This document shows, in pieces, positions 36,501 through 46,155 of a stretch of DNA of 64,000 bases. The DNA comes from a virus, in the IMG/VR virus record IMGVR_UViG_3300009702_000785, positions 69,120 through 133,119 of that record. One strand, 5' to 3'. The notes under the pieces were generated by a model. It did not search any database. It was not told the DNA's origin and worked only from the letters and a program-made list of their open reading frames with translations. The position numbers were made by a program, and so were the translations under genes. Position 1 is the stretch's first letter; each line of letters begins with the position of its first letter.

Positions 36501-39500
36501 TGTTGTGGTGAAACATCCTAAAGTGGTATTTCGCAGAGAGACTGCAACGACCTCATACCATTCGGGCACTATGCCTGGTTGGGTGCACAAGAGCCAGATC
36601 GCTTATGTTGCTATGCCGCCATTCTATTCTCCTAGCCCAAATGGTCAGTATTGGAATCCACTTGGAACAGACACAGCTAGATACTGGCAGCAACTATGTT
36701 GGGATGATACGTATATTGGCGTAGATGTCCCAGGCCCACCCGATGGATCGTTTGAAACTGGTACTTTTGTGTTGGGTGATGTCGAATCAGCATCAAAGGA
36801 AGATAATGATTTCTTCTTCTACGGTAATGATTATGCGGTCAGAGCGCAATATTATACTGGTGGATCAACCAGTGAGAGTAGATACGTCAAAAAATACGAA
36901 CAATATATCAAAGCCAATGTTGGTCAAAAGTTATACTTTGCAATTTACTCTACGTCTCCCGAAGTGGCAACTGGCAATTACGTTGCTCCCATTTGGACAA
37001 AAACCGTCATAGCAGATTCGGATGAAGCCAAATGGTACTCATCAGGTGATATTAATTTAGAGATGGAGTTAAATGAAGACTACCTTTTAGGTGTTGCTGC
37101 AAGAGACCATGATACAGTGGGATGGAACCAGCAAGAGTTCTATTACACCGGAATGCCCAGCAGCCAGCAGCGCACATTCTTTGGATATAAGTACTACGAT
37201 GTAAAAGCGAAGATGATTGCAATGCCTAACCTTATCTTCACAAAATCATTCGGAGATAATAAGCGAATTTTCTTACAAAAAGTGACCATAGGCAATGACG
37301 ATAGCTCATCGTTGGAGACCCCCGTTTTTGGTGAAGATAGAGAGTGGATAGGAACTGGAAGCAAAGACTCTTATGATGGTGGGGCTGCAAGGCAAGGTCA
37401 TGGCGAGATGTTCTATCATTCCAACTCGAATACGCGGTTCTTCCCTCCTGAGCCTGGTCTTATCAAAAACTTGAGGGCTTGGGTGAAAGTCCCTGCCGGT
37501 TATGTTAATCCAGAAATATTCTTCTACATAATGCGTAAGCGTTCAGGAAATGCCTTTAGAAATGTATGGGAATCAGGTCCACATACAATATCAATACCTT
37601 TAGGAGACGGATACGAAGGTTGGGTTTACGCCTCTGATACAGACATGGATTTCACAGTTGAGTGGGCAAGCGGAGTCTATTGGCTTGCAACTATTGCTTG
37701 GGGCAACATTCCTATAGAGATAGGAAAAACCAACTCTGATACTTTCTTGTACTCCCCTTATTGTCAATTGGGTCGTGGATATACCAGCTCAGCCGAGCCG
37801 CCATATGGAGCAGATATAGATACTTACTTCTCCTATAACACTCAGCATACTATGGTGGAGATAGAGTTTGCTAACTCAGATATACCCGCATCTAATGTTG
37901 CAGCCTGTTGCTTCCCGTCATCAGCTTGCCAGAATCTAACCCAAGCGCAGTGTGAGGGTGTTGGTGCAGTATGGCATGACGGAGAGGACTGTGGTTCTGG
38001 ATTCTCCTGTGTTGTTGTTCCAACAGGCGCTTGTTGTCACGCTCCAACTCGTGGATCGGTTTATCAGAATCCTGTTTGTGAGGTTCTGAGTGAAGAGCAG
38101 TGTCACGCTGCGGGTGCATTTGGAATTGGACTAACTAACTCTACATATAAAGGAGATGGAACTACTTGCGGCCCATCAAGTTGTTTACTAGGTGCGTGCT
38201 GTCTTGACGCATCTACATGTTCTAATCTGTCTTATGCCGATTGTGAGAACCAGGAAGGTATTTGGAGGTGGCCTGGGAGTCAATGCGACCAACTCATTCT
38301 GTCTGATACAGAATGTGAATCCTATTTAACAGGGGCATGTTGCGTCCAAACATCTATTGAGCCTCACGGCTGTATAGATGTTGACCAAGCAACATGTGAT
38401 TCATTCGGGACTTACAAAGTTAATTGGGCTGGTCTAGGAACTAGATGTTCACAAATAGATTGCGCTATTGCAGGATTGGGAGCCTGCTGCTATGGAAACG
38501 CACAATGCGAGTTATTGTCCGAAATTGATTGCACTACATTACACGAAGATGACGGAGTGTGGCAAGGGGAGTTCACCACTTGTACTGAAGGATTATGCCC
38601 TAACAGGGGAATTTGCTGCCTCATAGATAATTCCTGCATATTTACCACCCAATTAGATTGCGAGAATCAGGGCGGAGTTTATGTGCAGGATGGTGGTTCG
38701 TGTGTAGGATTCTCCTGTACAGAAGAAAGAGGAGCCTGCTGCTTCCCGAATGGATATTGTGAAGAAAACTTTACCCAGGATGATTGCGAGACCAACAGTG
38801 GAACTTATCTTGGTGACAACACTACATGCGAAGGCGCTGAGTGTGAAGTCAAAACAGATGTTGGAGCATGCTGCCTTATAGATGGTACTTGTTTTGTAGG
38901 AACCAGGACAGAATGCGAAGCCTCTCTCATAGAGAGTGAATATCAGGGAGATGGGACATTTTGCAGCGGGTCGTCTGCCGTCGAATGTCCAGTCATCAGC
39001 CTAACGAGCGAAGAAGCCTTGGTATTGCCAAATCACACTTACAAAGGCGATGTTGTACCTGCTTCTAAACCATCTGTAGCAGTGGCTAAAAATCATTTGA
39101 TGATTGATGGATCACAGCATCAGTTTGTATCTTACCAAGCATTTGAAGATAACCAGTGGAATGTTTATTTGCGTCAAGTACGAACAGTACTAAACGATGC
39201 CGGGGCATCTGACCCGAATTACCAGTCACCATTCAATATACTAGAGAGACCGACATTCACTTTATCTGAACTTGAAGGTTCAGATTTTACACAAGTTAAG
39301 TATACCGTAGTGGACAATACGATTACTGAACCTCCATCGAACAGCCTATGTGCCATGTTTAAGGTGAGTTTACCAGACGGCAGAGCCATATTCAACTGTG
39401 ATGATAGTGCGTCTGGTGAGTGGTCTACAACATGTACTTATGGTGGTTCAACATCGTTCCCGCAAACGGAGGTATTTGTAGAGGCTCTGTACGACATTAA

Positions 39501-42500
39501 CACTTGTGGGTCTGGATTTAGCAAATGGTCAATAGGTTCGGTATTCCAAGGAACTTTCCCACCAACACCTGATGATTTAGGTGATGAGGGGGCCGGATGC
39601 GTGTCTATATCTTCCTTATATCCTGGTGTGGATGAGTGGTGTTATTTGGAGTCCAACTGCGTACAAACCAGCTTGATTGATGATCCTCTATGTCCGTCTC
39701 CATATTTGGGAGTTACTTATAAACCAGAAGATATGTGGCTGCTACGTAACGGTGACGATATTATTACTAGAGTAAAGTATAATCTTGCTATTAACATATT
39801 GTCTATTGCTTCTGAAACCGTTGTATCGGGTGCAGGTATTAGTGGAACAGTAGACTTTATGTTTGTAATAGACTACTCTTCAAGTATGCTTCCAAGGATT
39901 AACGCAGTACGTAGTGCAATTACACCATTTGCTCAAGACCTGGCAAACGCTGGTATTGATGTTAGATTCGGTCTGACTATATATGGTCGGGCTGATAGTA
40001 ACGAAAACCCGTTAGTTATACCACCACAGCCTGCTAACGCTGTGATTTGCTCAGATGCTACATCTATTGCCAATCAAGCCATGTTTGACGGTCTATCTGG
40101 CTTTGCGACAGGCGGATTCACTAATGATGTTTCAGCATTGTCTGCTGCTCTAAACCACTGGTTTAATGATGAAGGAGCACAGGCACCTGGATATTCGGCA
40201 GTACAGTTTGCATCCCTTGACCCACGATTTGAGTGGCGATCTTCAGCAGCACGGTATATTATGTTGATTACCGACGCTAACGATCATGAAAATAATGCCG
40301 TCTGTTCCACATATGCGAATACCCAAGGAGATGCGATTAGTATCGTGAGCAACGATGCTGCTGGAACTAACGCATCAGTTATTTTATCTATATGCGATGA
40401 AGATGATTCTAGTGGTTGTAAAGATGGCACCGGCTATGTACCAATGTCTGAAGCTTCGGACTGGGACAGCGATGAATACTTTAATGTTAAAGGTCCATAC
40501 AATATTGCATTCCAGAGCATCTTTAATAAGATTACCACAGACATATTACAATCCACTATAATAGAGCGTGACAAGACTGGGTTTGATCCCACCTTTTTGA
40601 AGGTAGCAGAAATGCTTGTAACCTATACTGGTGACCTGACGGATTACTGGACTCAGGACAAGCATCTTTTGTCTTTCGTTGATAACGCTCCTGCAACCAC
40701 TGGTATAACCAAAAGTCTGGTCAACATACCGTTCGAACTGGCAGGATCAATTTACGGAATTGATCCTGTACACTTGAATGGTCATTGGGAAAACTGGGTG
40801 CATTTTGCTGAACCGGGCAGCTTGCAATTGGACTGGCCGAATATCGGCGTGCCAGGAATATCAAGGTCTAATGCGATGCAATTGGCAACGAATGGGGTCA
40901 ACTCTAAAGTAGTTGTCAATAAAAGGAATGAATTGTTTATAGCATATGAGAGTTTGGAGTATGGTACAAACCAAATCGTCATCAAAGGTACCGGTGATTT
41001 TGCCCAAGATTCGATTACGGGTCCGAAAGGAACTAGATTAACTCGATTCTTTGAAGCTAGAGATTTTGCTTATGAGCATATGATAACATTGCCAGGCGAA
41101 GGAATCAACCAACTTTGTGATCTGGTCGTTGACAACAGCAACGTTTTGCATGTGGTCTGGCAATCAAACCGGGATAACTACTGGGAAATTTATTACGCTA
41201 ACGGCAAGAATTTGTTTGAGCCTGTTAGAGTAACATCGGCAGAGAGTAGATCAGGGCACCCCGCAATAGACATTGATGACAGTGGTAACATCTTTGTTGT
41301 CTACCACGACAACAGGTATGGACCATTTGAAGTAATGATGTCGTACAAGAATGAGAATAGAGTTCTTCCACTATTGGAACAGGATGCGTATCTTGGCGGA
41401 ATGCGATCTGGGTATGAACACTACACGAATATACTACCTGTCTTGGTTGAGAACCCACAAGAGCTAGCTCCTGTCCCTGGTCAATTATGGGGAACCCGAG
41501 CGAAATGCAAGGGGGCACGTTTCGACATTGTCGCTCGTAAGACATTACGTACTGGGGGGCAAACCATTACTAACCCGTTTAGTGGCCATCAGATTGATGA
41601 GACATCTGATCTGCCCGCCATCGGTAACAAAGTGTATATTGAAATTTGGGCGACGACTATCAACCCAAACGGTTTTGGTCCTATCGCTATCGATTTCCAG
41701 TACAATTCTTCGTACTTCACCAACCCAGTGATCCGAGGTGACACTGAATCAAGTTATGGCAGATGGTATAACAGCCCGCATCCACCGGCCATAAATATAA
41801 CCACTGGAGTTATTACAAACTTGGGTGGGTCATCTGCTCCCGATCAGTCGCTCATAACTCCTAACTGGGGAATGGTGGCTAACATAGAATTGACTTTAGC
41901 CGCTTTGCCAACAGAGGAGATCAGCTTTTCTGTTGCTGATGTTTTGGACCCAAGTGGCGGTATATCGCTGGGAGTCACGAATAGTAATGGGGATGATATC
42001 AGCGATGTGAGTTACGATACCTCTTATATTACAAATGATGCTGACAAGCACAAAAAGGAGTACGATTGTCTGCATCCATCTAACTTCTTGTTCGACATAG
42101 ATGAAGAAACGGCCATGATTGGGGAAGATGTGGATGGGACTAGAGATTGGACTCATGGCGGAGGTGATCTTGGGAATTACAATTTTGCTGCTATTGCAGG
42201 CTCAACTTTGGGTGATTTCTATGGCGTCACAACCTCTGGAACTTTGGTCCATATAACTTCACAAACTAACGATCCATACATATACATTGATACTTCGCTC
42301 ATAACCGAGGTTGGGGACATTAACCTGCCACTAGAAAACTATATTGTGACAGACGCATCTGTAGATACGCAAAGTTTCCATCTGTGGGTGATGCTGGCAG
42401 GTGTGGATGATGCCGGATTATCGAACATACTTGTTATGGAAGTTGACCCACTTACCGCTAATATCATCCGTGAGTCCACTGTATATATCAATATTGACGA

Positions 42501-45500
42501 ACTACGAGGCTCTATTGCTTGCACGTCAGGCGGTGATTTCCATATGATAACCTATCGAAATAATAAGGTGATCTACTCATCAGCAGAATTTCCAATCCTC
42601 GGTGCAACCTCGGCGGTCTTCGATTTTAACAATGTGAATGAAGATGTTGGTAGCTCATTGGACGGAACATTTGTGTCAGATTTCACTGCCGATTATGCTG
42701 ATACTATATATGTAACAGATGATTATTTAGTACTGTATACTATTGAAAAATACTCTGGAACAGTAACTAAAATAGCCACCATTACAGACCCGGACGATTT
42801 AATGACCAGCGATTCTGTTTTGCTGCTGTCATCTGTGGACGGATTAGGATATCAGTTTACAGGCAAATATGCAAATGTAGCTGACGAGGAATACTTCAAT
42901 GTGCTAATAGAGTTTTACGACAACAAAAACCTAGAGGGTGAGCCTTCTATTGTAATCGATAGTAGAGAAAACTCCGAAGCATTTATTAACGACCGAACGT
43001 TCCAGAGTGAATATATATCTGATGAATACGAATCCAGTGCCAGAGGTATCCGCCTAGATGCTGGTGAAACAGGGTATATGTTCTTCGAGGCAGCTCATTA
43101 TAGGCCAGGATATATCAATCTGGCTTACCCTTATGGTTTTGAAAAGAATAAAGCGTACTTCCCGAAAGCGTTTAGTATTGATTCTTTAGGCAATACCCGA
43201 GAGGTTACATCAACTCAGATGGTCACATTCTCATGTGGAAAATGTTCAGCTACAAGTGACAACAGTTTTGACTCTGGTGGATGCTCTTATTCGTTTATCG
43301 TTACTAATAACAGTTTCGACGCCAAGTATTTCAACTTCAAAGTTGATTTCTATGCTGATGAAGATAGGAAATCAATAGTTAGGCGATTCGAGTTGTTGCC
43401 TGGTCATGATGATCTAGCTTACTGCGAAGTTGACAATCAGGAGGCTGCACCGCTATGGACTAGCGGCAGAGGATTATTATTGCAGCCGAATGATGTCAAG
43501 TTTGTTCAGGTATATCCAGCATTGGACCCAACTGCTGGATTCTTGTGTGGTATCAATTACTACATGCGTGTTCTAAGTTGTACTTCAGACACAGGTATTT
43601 GCAGTGATGAAGAATTCGGTGTGACCTTCAGCGATGCCGAATGGGATCAATCCACTTTTGAGGGAAATCTGAGTAATGACGACCAGTCAACCGACATTAT
43701 GCAGGTTGGCGACGAGCTGGCTATAGCATTCCGAGATTCAAGTGGATATCTTAAGTATGGGGTATATAACGGATCATCGTGGAATATCGAATCAGTTGAT
43801 GTGTGCAATGCTTATGGTCTATCTTTGGCTGAATTTGATGGTCAGCCTGCCATATCGTATATATATAATGGAAGCCTACGCATAGCAATTAAAGATCACC
43901 TGACAAAAGAGTGGGATTTGGCTGTTATAGATACCCAGGGCGTTGCACAGTTGCGAGCACCGAGTTTAATTCCTAATGGGGATGGCCTGTCTGTATCGTA
44001 TTGGTCCTTGACAGGATCACACACGATATATTACGCATATAGTGATACTGGATTCTCATGGACATCTGAGGTTGTCGAAGTTACTTCGACAATATTCTCC
44101 AAAGTAAGTGAAATAGGACACGCTATCATCGGTGGCAAGCCCCGACTAACGTTTGCCTTTGATGATAACTGGTATTACTACACTAGATCAGATACCTCTT
44201 GGACTGGAAAAGCCATCACAGTAAACGGCCATACCACTAGGTTTGTCAGCTTGGTTAATTACAATGAAGCGCCGTTTATAACATACAGAGAGAATTACAA
44301 TGGAACTCGTGGCTTCCTTAGATGGGCTATATCTAGCGACGGCGGAGATAGCTGGTCACCCAATGGTACTCTTGATGGAACCGAAAATGGAGTCGGTGAA
44401 TATGCTGATCTGAAGATAATTAAAGGCAGACCGGCAGTGGCATACAGTAACTACTCCAGTCCTTATAACTTAAAATTTGCTAGAGAGATTGATATCGATC
44501 AAAATAGATGGGACATCACTGTGATAGACGATGACGTTCAGTGGACGAGCGGAAACCCACGAGATGTTAGGAAATCCTTGGCTGATTTCAACCAGCAGGC
44601 AGCAATCTTTGCCCCAATAGACCCTGCCAGAGTTTATCTATCTGATCCTGAAAAGGTCGTATCAGGAGTCAAACCGACATACTTCTGCGAATGTTCAAGC
44701 ACGATCTTCGGTGATAATAGACTTCTCCCATTATCAGAGATTGGAAAATGGAAGTCTAGTGGTCATGGGTTTGCAGACACTCGGTTAACGGACACTCCCG
44801 GCGACACTCTGAGGCCAGACATCGTGGTACGCAATACCGATAGTGCGATCATCACTTTCGAGGATCATTCTGGGAATGATGCGACAATCAAGGCTACTTC
44901 ATTCACTGCTTCTTCAGGAGAGTCTTTTGGTTCTGGGGCTAGAAACTGGTATGACTTTGACCCTGATCTGATCGGCAAAAACGTATCAACCGATCTGGAT
45001 TTTAACCAACTGATCGAGATTGCTTTTGAGCGTCACGTTGAAGAATCTACCCTCAATAGTCAGATACCAACGAACCAAGTATTATTGTCGAGTTACGATT
45101 ATAGGATTACGGATAATAGAGGTTCTGCTGGATCAGGACCAGGTGTAACTGCTGACAGATGTGACATAGAACAACTTGAAGATAACATTATCTCCAGCGA
45201 TCCCTTCCTTGCAAGCCAGGTTATCAAGCAAGTCAGGGTAAAAGAGGATTTTGTGCAATACTTTACCTATAATACTCAAGGAGTGCCTACTGCGGTAGTT
45301 AATACATGTGAAATCGGTATCGAAGTTATAGGAACTCCAGAAGTAATTGCCGTGCGTACCAAAAATTCTTCTGGCACAGTTTCTGATTGGTGTTCTTGGA
45401 ATCCAAGCGTTGGTGACTACATGACCGAATTACCTTATACGCTAACCAAAGGGTCAGGCGAAAAAGAGATTTGCATTCAGGCGATGACTTATGACGGAAT

Positions 45501-46155
45501 TACTACAGAATTCTGTGTGCCTGTATATGCAGACTATAAGAAAATAATTTTTGAGATCAAACTATACAGTGATGATGAGTACACTGAGCCGCTTTTACAG
45601 TACGATGGCTTCTATGTTGCTTCTATCACTGGCAGCAATGGAACTGTTGGCACGACTGGAGAGTTGTATAAAACTGTTTATATTGAGATCATTCCTGGTG
45701 AGGTCATTCCTGCAACAACTATCAGTTTCGATGTTATTCAGCAGGGTGTTGGTGATGTGCTCAACCAACCCGCCACTTGGAATGCGGAAAAGCAGATTTA
45801 TCAAGGAGAATTTCGGGTTTACAAGGAAGATAATATAGTCAACATCGACGGCATGGCTCGCATTAGAGCGAAACTTCCGGGTACCTGTGAAGAGGTACAA
45901 GAAACAGTGATTTCTACAGGTACTTTTGCTAGGGATGTCTTCAATGCGATGACTGACGAATCATCTCAGAGTGTTAAGCAGACTGAAGAAGATGTGTTTG
46001 AAGGTCATCGAGATTCCATTACAGGTCGTTTAGGCGTGAACGTTGTTGTGCGACCTACTGATGATCCATTCTTGGTCTTTGGTGATCCCGACTATTATTT
46101 CAAGAAAGATGAAGGGGCTGAACAGCCCGGCATAATGCCTGATGAGGATAAGTAA
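33574..46155 (+). CDS. Giant virion adhesin/fiber protein B (GACC Cys-rich repeats, FN3-like repeats, vWA, cohesin-like domain, propellers)
   Basis: 4193 aa with vWA motifs VIDYSSSM...MLITDAND at about 39850-40540. Scaffold segments such as WQSNRD.WEIYYAN and HDNRYG..E.MM.Y are shared with protein A. Confidence 0.88.
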   Translation: MNVCLGPYQIETPHFKNEDGSNMFINPFETRQVAVTTSLGINKPPTTDAELLYEEFGEKSVTRWYECPSQKGRVYTIIPTACEVLITSFENGIDGTSFGVSKFCFGKAYITDKEPLDSGDTCTTSFEFDGHLFKVVGTSALNSGEYDCGECEPDIFSVENFDAETGTFGSEVKAFASVGSGACCCSLGSTKICISPSSSELCTSYCTSTYGSIGQFFVGQSCPDSSTCPGASTGACCRQLVSAPYTYACQDGTTADLCVPGISMTATFYLGSDCSTIQSGGLCGGSDDTNPPTPNPMTWDTEPFGLSTDSISMSASLATDPEGDSVTYYFKNETISDGSHDSNWTTNQSWSDQLLPSGTYIYKVKARDQHNNETGWSESRSSATIPIVDTIAPEPNPSTWLQSPLAIGPNEVYMSATVASDTSPVEYNFENTSGGGSNSGWQTSNEYFDTSVSGGSVYAYHVKARDASGNVTVASLTKQVTTPDEPIVDTAPPTPNPAQWMLEPIATSPTSIRMQAKVASDPSGVEYYFESVSGGHDSGWRSSSVYEDTRLETGQTYSYRAKTRDGASPPNEGGWTNIKEAIAEEVEDNDPPSPDPPGWSSMPYATGRTSIRMIAEQCFDSNGVQYRFDCTTDGTKSSGWQTSRSFSASGLTAATEYTFKVQARDMSDNYNETGFSAESRASTFGGTGTTGGGIIGAPLLEECESQDDPQIVVRPSGDSITAYTYKDEDGASRVRLYQGPTSQSNLIIYYRELSRGCLLNQNEDEFASVNFEIYDDLVVPPSVINAGVGFLSGPLSGMVFHINSIERGFQPNGKPKQTLNVSAASSELSFEDSNNVCDVEWYLFDELLTPFAANEPTVFSASVPTEFRQAETPAISLMEFPCTDLGGTEVDEVTYHRFVGNHIEPDIDKVLTEIRMQFQVDEPALAFWYVWEHTGSSYYHMPVMQKVTSITDTTMTTHSSGEIKQSMTANKFYIIGVVVKHPKVVFRRETATTSYHSGTMPGWVHKSQIAYVAMPPFYSPSPNGQYWNPLGTDTARYWQQLCWDDTYIGVDVPGPPDGSFETGTFVLGDVESASKEDNDFFFYGNDYAVRAQYYTGGSTSESRYVKKYEQYIKANVGQKLYFAIYSTSPEVATGNYVAPIWTKTVIADSDEAKWYSSGDINLEMELNEDYLLGVAARDHDTVGWNQQEFYYTGMPSSQQRTFFGYKYYDVKAKMIAMPNLIFTKSFGDNKRIFLQKVTIGNDDSSSLETPVFGEDREWIGTGSKDSYDGGAARQGHGEMFYHSNSNTRFFPPEPGLIKNLRAWVKVPAGYVNPEIFFYIMRKRSGNAFRNVWESGPHTISIPLGDGYEGWVYASDTDMDFTVEWASGVYWLATIAWGNIPIEIGKTNSDTFLYSPYCQLGRGYTSSAEPPYGADIDTYFSYNTQHTMVEIEFANSDIPASNVAACCFPSSACQNLTQAQCEGVGAVWHDGEDCGSGFSCVVVPTGACCHAPTRGSVYQNPVCEVLSEEQCHAAGAFGIGLTNSTYKGDGTTCGPSSCLLGACCLDASTCSNLSYADCENQEGIWRWPGSQCDQLILSDTECESYLTGACCVQTSIEPHGCIDVDQATCDSFGTYKVNWAGLGTRCSQIDCAIAGLGACCYGNAQCELLSEIDCTTLHEDDGVWQGEFTTCTEGLCPNRGICCLIDNSCIFTTQLDCENQGGVYVQDGGSCVGFSCTEERGACCFPNGYCEENFTQDDCETNSGTYLGDNTTCEGAECEVKTDVGACCLIDGTCFVGTRTECEASLIESEYQGDGTFCSGSSAVECPVISLTSEEALVLPNHTYKGDVVPASKPSVAVAKNHLMIDGSQHQFVSYQAFEDNQWNVYLRQVRTVLNDAGASDPNYQSPFNILERPTFTLSELEGSDFTQVKYTVVDNTITEPPSNSLCAMFKVSLPDGRAIFNCDDSASGEWSTTCTYGGSTSFPQTEVFVEALYDINTCGSGFSKWSIGSVFQGTFPPTPDDLGDEGAGCVSISSLYPGVDEWCYLESNCVQTSLIDDPLCPSPYLGVTYKPEDMWLLRNGDDIITRVKYNLAINILSIASETVVSGAGISGTVDFMFVIDYSSSMLPRINAVRSAITPFAQDLANAGIDVRFGLTIYGRADSNENPLVIPPQPANAVICSDATSIANQAMFDGLSGFATGGFTNDVSALSAALNHWFNDEGAQAPGYSAVQFASLDPRFEWRSSAARYIMLITDANDHENNAVCSTYANTQGDAISIVSNDAAGTNASVILSICDEDDSSGCKDGTGYVPMSEASDWDSDEYFNVKGPYNIAFQSIFNKITTDILQSTIIERDKTGFDPTFLKVAEMLVTYTGDLTDYWTQDKHLLSFVDNAPATTGITKSLVNIPFELAGSIYGIDPVHLNGHWENWVHFAEPGSLQLDWPNIGVPGISRSNAMQLATNGVNSKVVVNKRNELFIAYESLEYGTNQIVIKGTGDFAQDSITGPKGTRLTRFFEARDFAYEHMITLPGEGINQLCDLVVDNSNVLHVVWQSNRDNYWEIYYANGKNLFEPVRVTSAESRSGHPAIDIDDSGNIFVVYHDNRYGPFEVMMSYKNENRVLPLLEQDAYLGGMRSGYEHYTNILPVLVENPQELAPVPGQLWGTRAKCKGARFDIVARKTLRTGGQTITNPFSGHQIDETSDLPAIGNKVYIEIWATTINPNGFGPIAIDFQYNSSYFTNPVIRGDTESSYGRWYNSPHPPAINITTGVITNLGGSSAPDQSLITPNWGMVANIELTLAALPTEEISFSVADVLDPSGGISLGVTNSNGDDISDVSYDTSYITNDADKHKKEYDCLHPSNFLFDIDEETAMIGEDVDGTRDWTHGGGDLGNYNFAAIAGSTLGDFYGVTTSGTLVHITSQTNDPYIYIDTSLITEVGDINLPLENYIVTDASVDTQSFHLWVMLAGVDDAGLSNILVMEVDPLTANIIRESTVYINIDELRGSIACTSGGDFHMITYRNNKVIYSSAEFPILGATSAVFDFNNVNEDVGSSLDGTFVSDFTADYADTIYVTDDYLVLYTIEKYSGTVTKIATITDPDDLMTSDSVLLLSSVDGLGYQFTGKYANVADEEYFNVLIEFYDNKNLEGEPSIVIDSRENSEAFINDRTFQSEYISDEYESSARGIRLDAGETGYMFFEAAHYRPGYINLAYPYGFEKNKAYFPKAFSIDSLGNTREVTSTQMVTFSCGKCSATSDNSFDSGGCSYSFIVTNNSFDAKYFNFKVDFYADEDRKSIVRRFELLPGHDDLAYCEVDNQEAAPLWTSGRGLLLQPNDVKFVQVYPALDPTAGFLCGINYYMRVLSCTSDTGICSDEEFGVTFSDAEWDQSTFEGNLSNDDQSTDIMQVGDELAIAFRDSSGYLKYGVYNGSSWNIESVDVCNAYGLSLAEFDGQPAISYIYNGSLRIAIKDHLTKEWDLAVIDTQGVAQLRAPSLIPNGDGLSVSYWSLTGSHTIYYAYSDTGFSWTSEVVEVTSTIFSKVSEIGHAIIGGKPRLTFAFDDNWYYYTRSDTSWTGKAITVNGHTTRFVSLVNYNEAPFITYRENYNGTRGFLRWAISSDGGDSWSPNGTLDGTENGVGEYADLKIIKGRPAVAYSNYSSPYNLKFAREIDIDQNRWDITVIDDDVQWTSGNPRDVRKSLADFNQQAAIFAPIDPARVYLSDPEKVVSGVKPTYFCECSSTIFGDNRLLPLSEIGKWKSSGHGFADTRLTDTPGDTLRPDIVVRNTDSAIITFEDHSGNDATIKATSFTASSGESFGSGARNWYDFDPDLIGKNVSTDLDFNQLIEIAFERHVEESTLNSQIPTNQVLLSSYDYRITDNRGSAGSGPGVTADRCDIEQLEDNIISSDPFLASQVIKQVRVKEDFVQYFTYNTQGVPTAVVNTCEIGIEVIGTPEVIAVRTKNSSGTVSDWCSWNPSVGDYMTELPYTLTKGSGEKEICIQAMTYDGITTEFCVPVYADYKKIIFEIKLYSDDEYTEPLLQYDGFYVASITGSNGTVGTTGELYKTVYIEIIPGEVIPATTISFDVIQQGVGDVLNQPATWNAEKQIYQGEFRVYKEDNIVNIDGMARIRAKLPGTCEEVQETVISTGTFARDVFNAMTDESSQSVKQTEEDVFEGHRDSITGRLGVNVVVRPTDDPFLVFGDPDYYFKKDEGAEQPGIMPDEDK
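34432..35625 (+). repeat. Four tandem FN3-like repeats of about 100 aa (DTxPPTPNP...W type)
   Basis: DTNPPTPNPMTW, DTIAPEPNPSTW, DTAPPTPNPAQW and DNDPPSPDPPGW, each followed by S(I/V).M.A...V.Y.F....(D/N/S)S(G/N)W and Y...V/AK.RD-type motifs. Confidence 0.85.
37900..38990 (+). repeat. Eight tandem six-cysteine GACC repeats
   Basis: Pattern (G/A)(A/I)CC-x-C-x-C-x-(W/Y)-x-G-x-C-x-C repeated 8 times. Two more copies lie at about 34114-34425 and two in protein A (about 19003 and 20866). Confidence 0.9.

Noticed and set aside
23671-38990. Diversity-generating retroelement or DNA-level repeat cassettes behind the repeats
   Set aside because: The repeats are visible only at the protein level and are highly diverged. 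I saw no near-identical TR/VR pair, reverse transcriptase or invertase.
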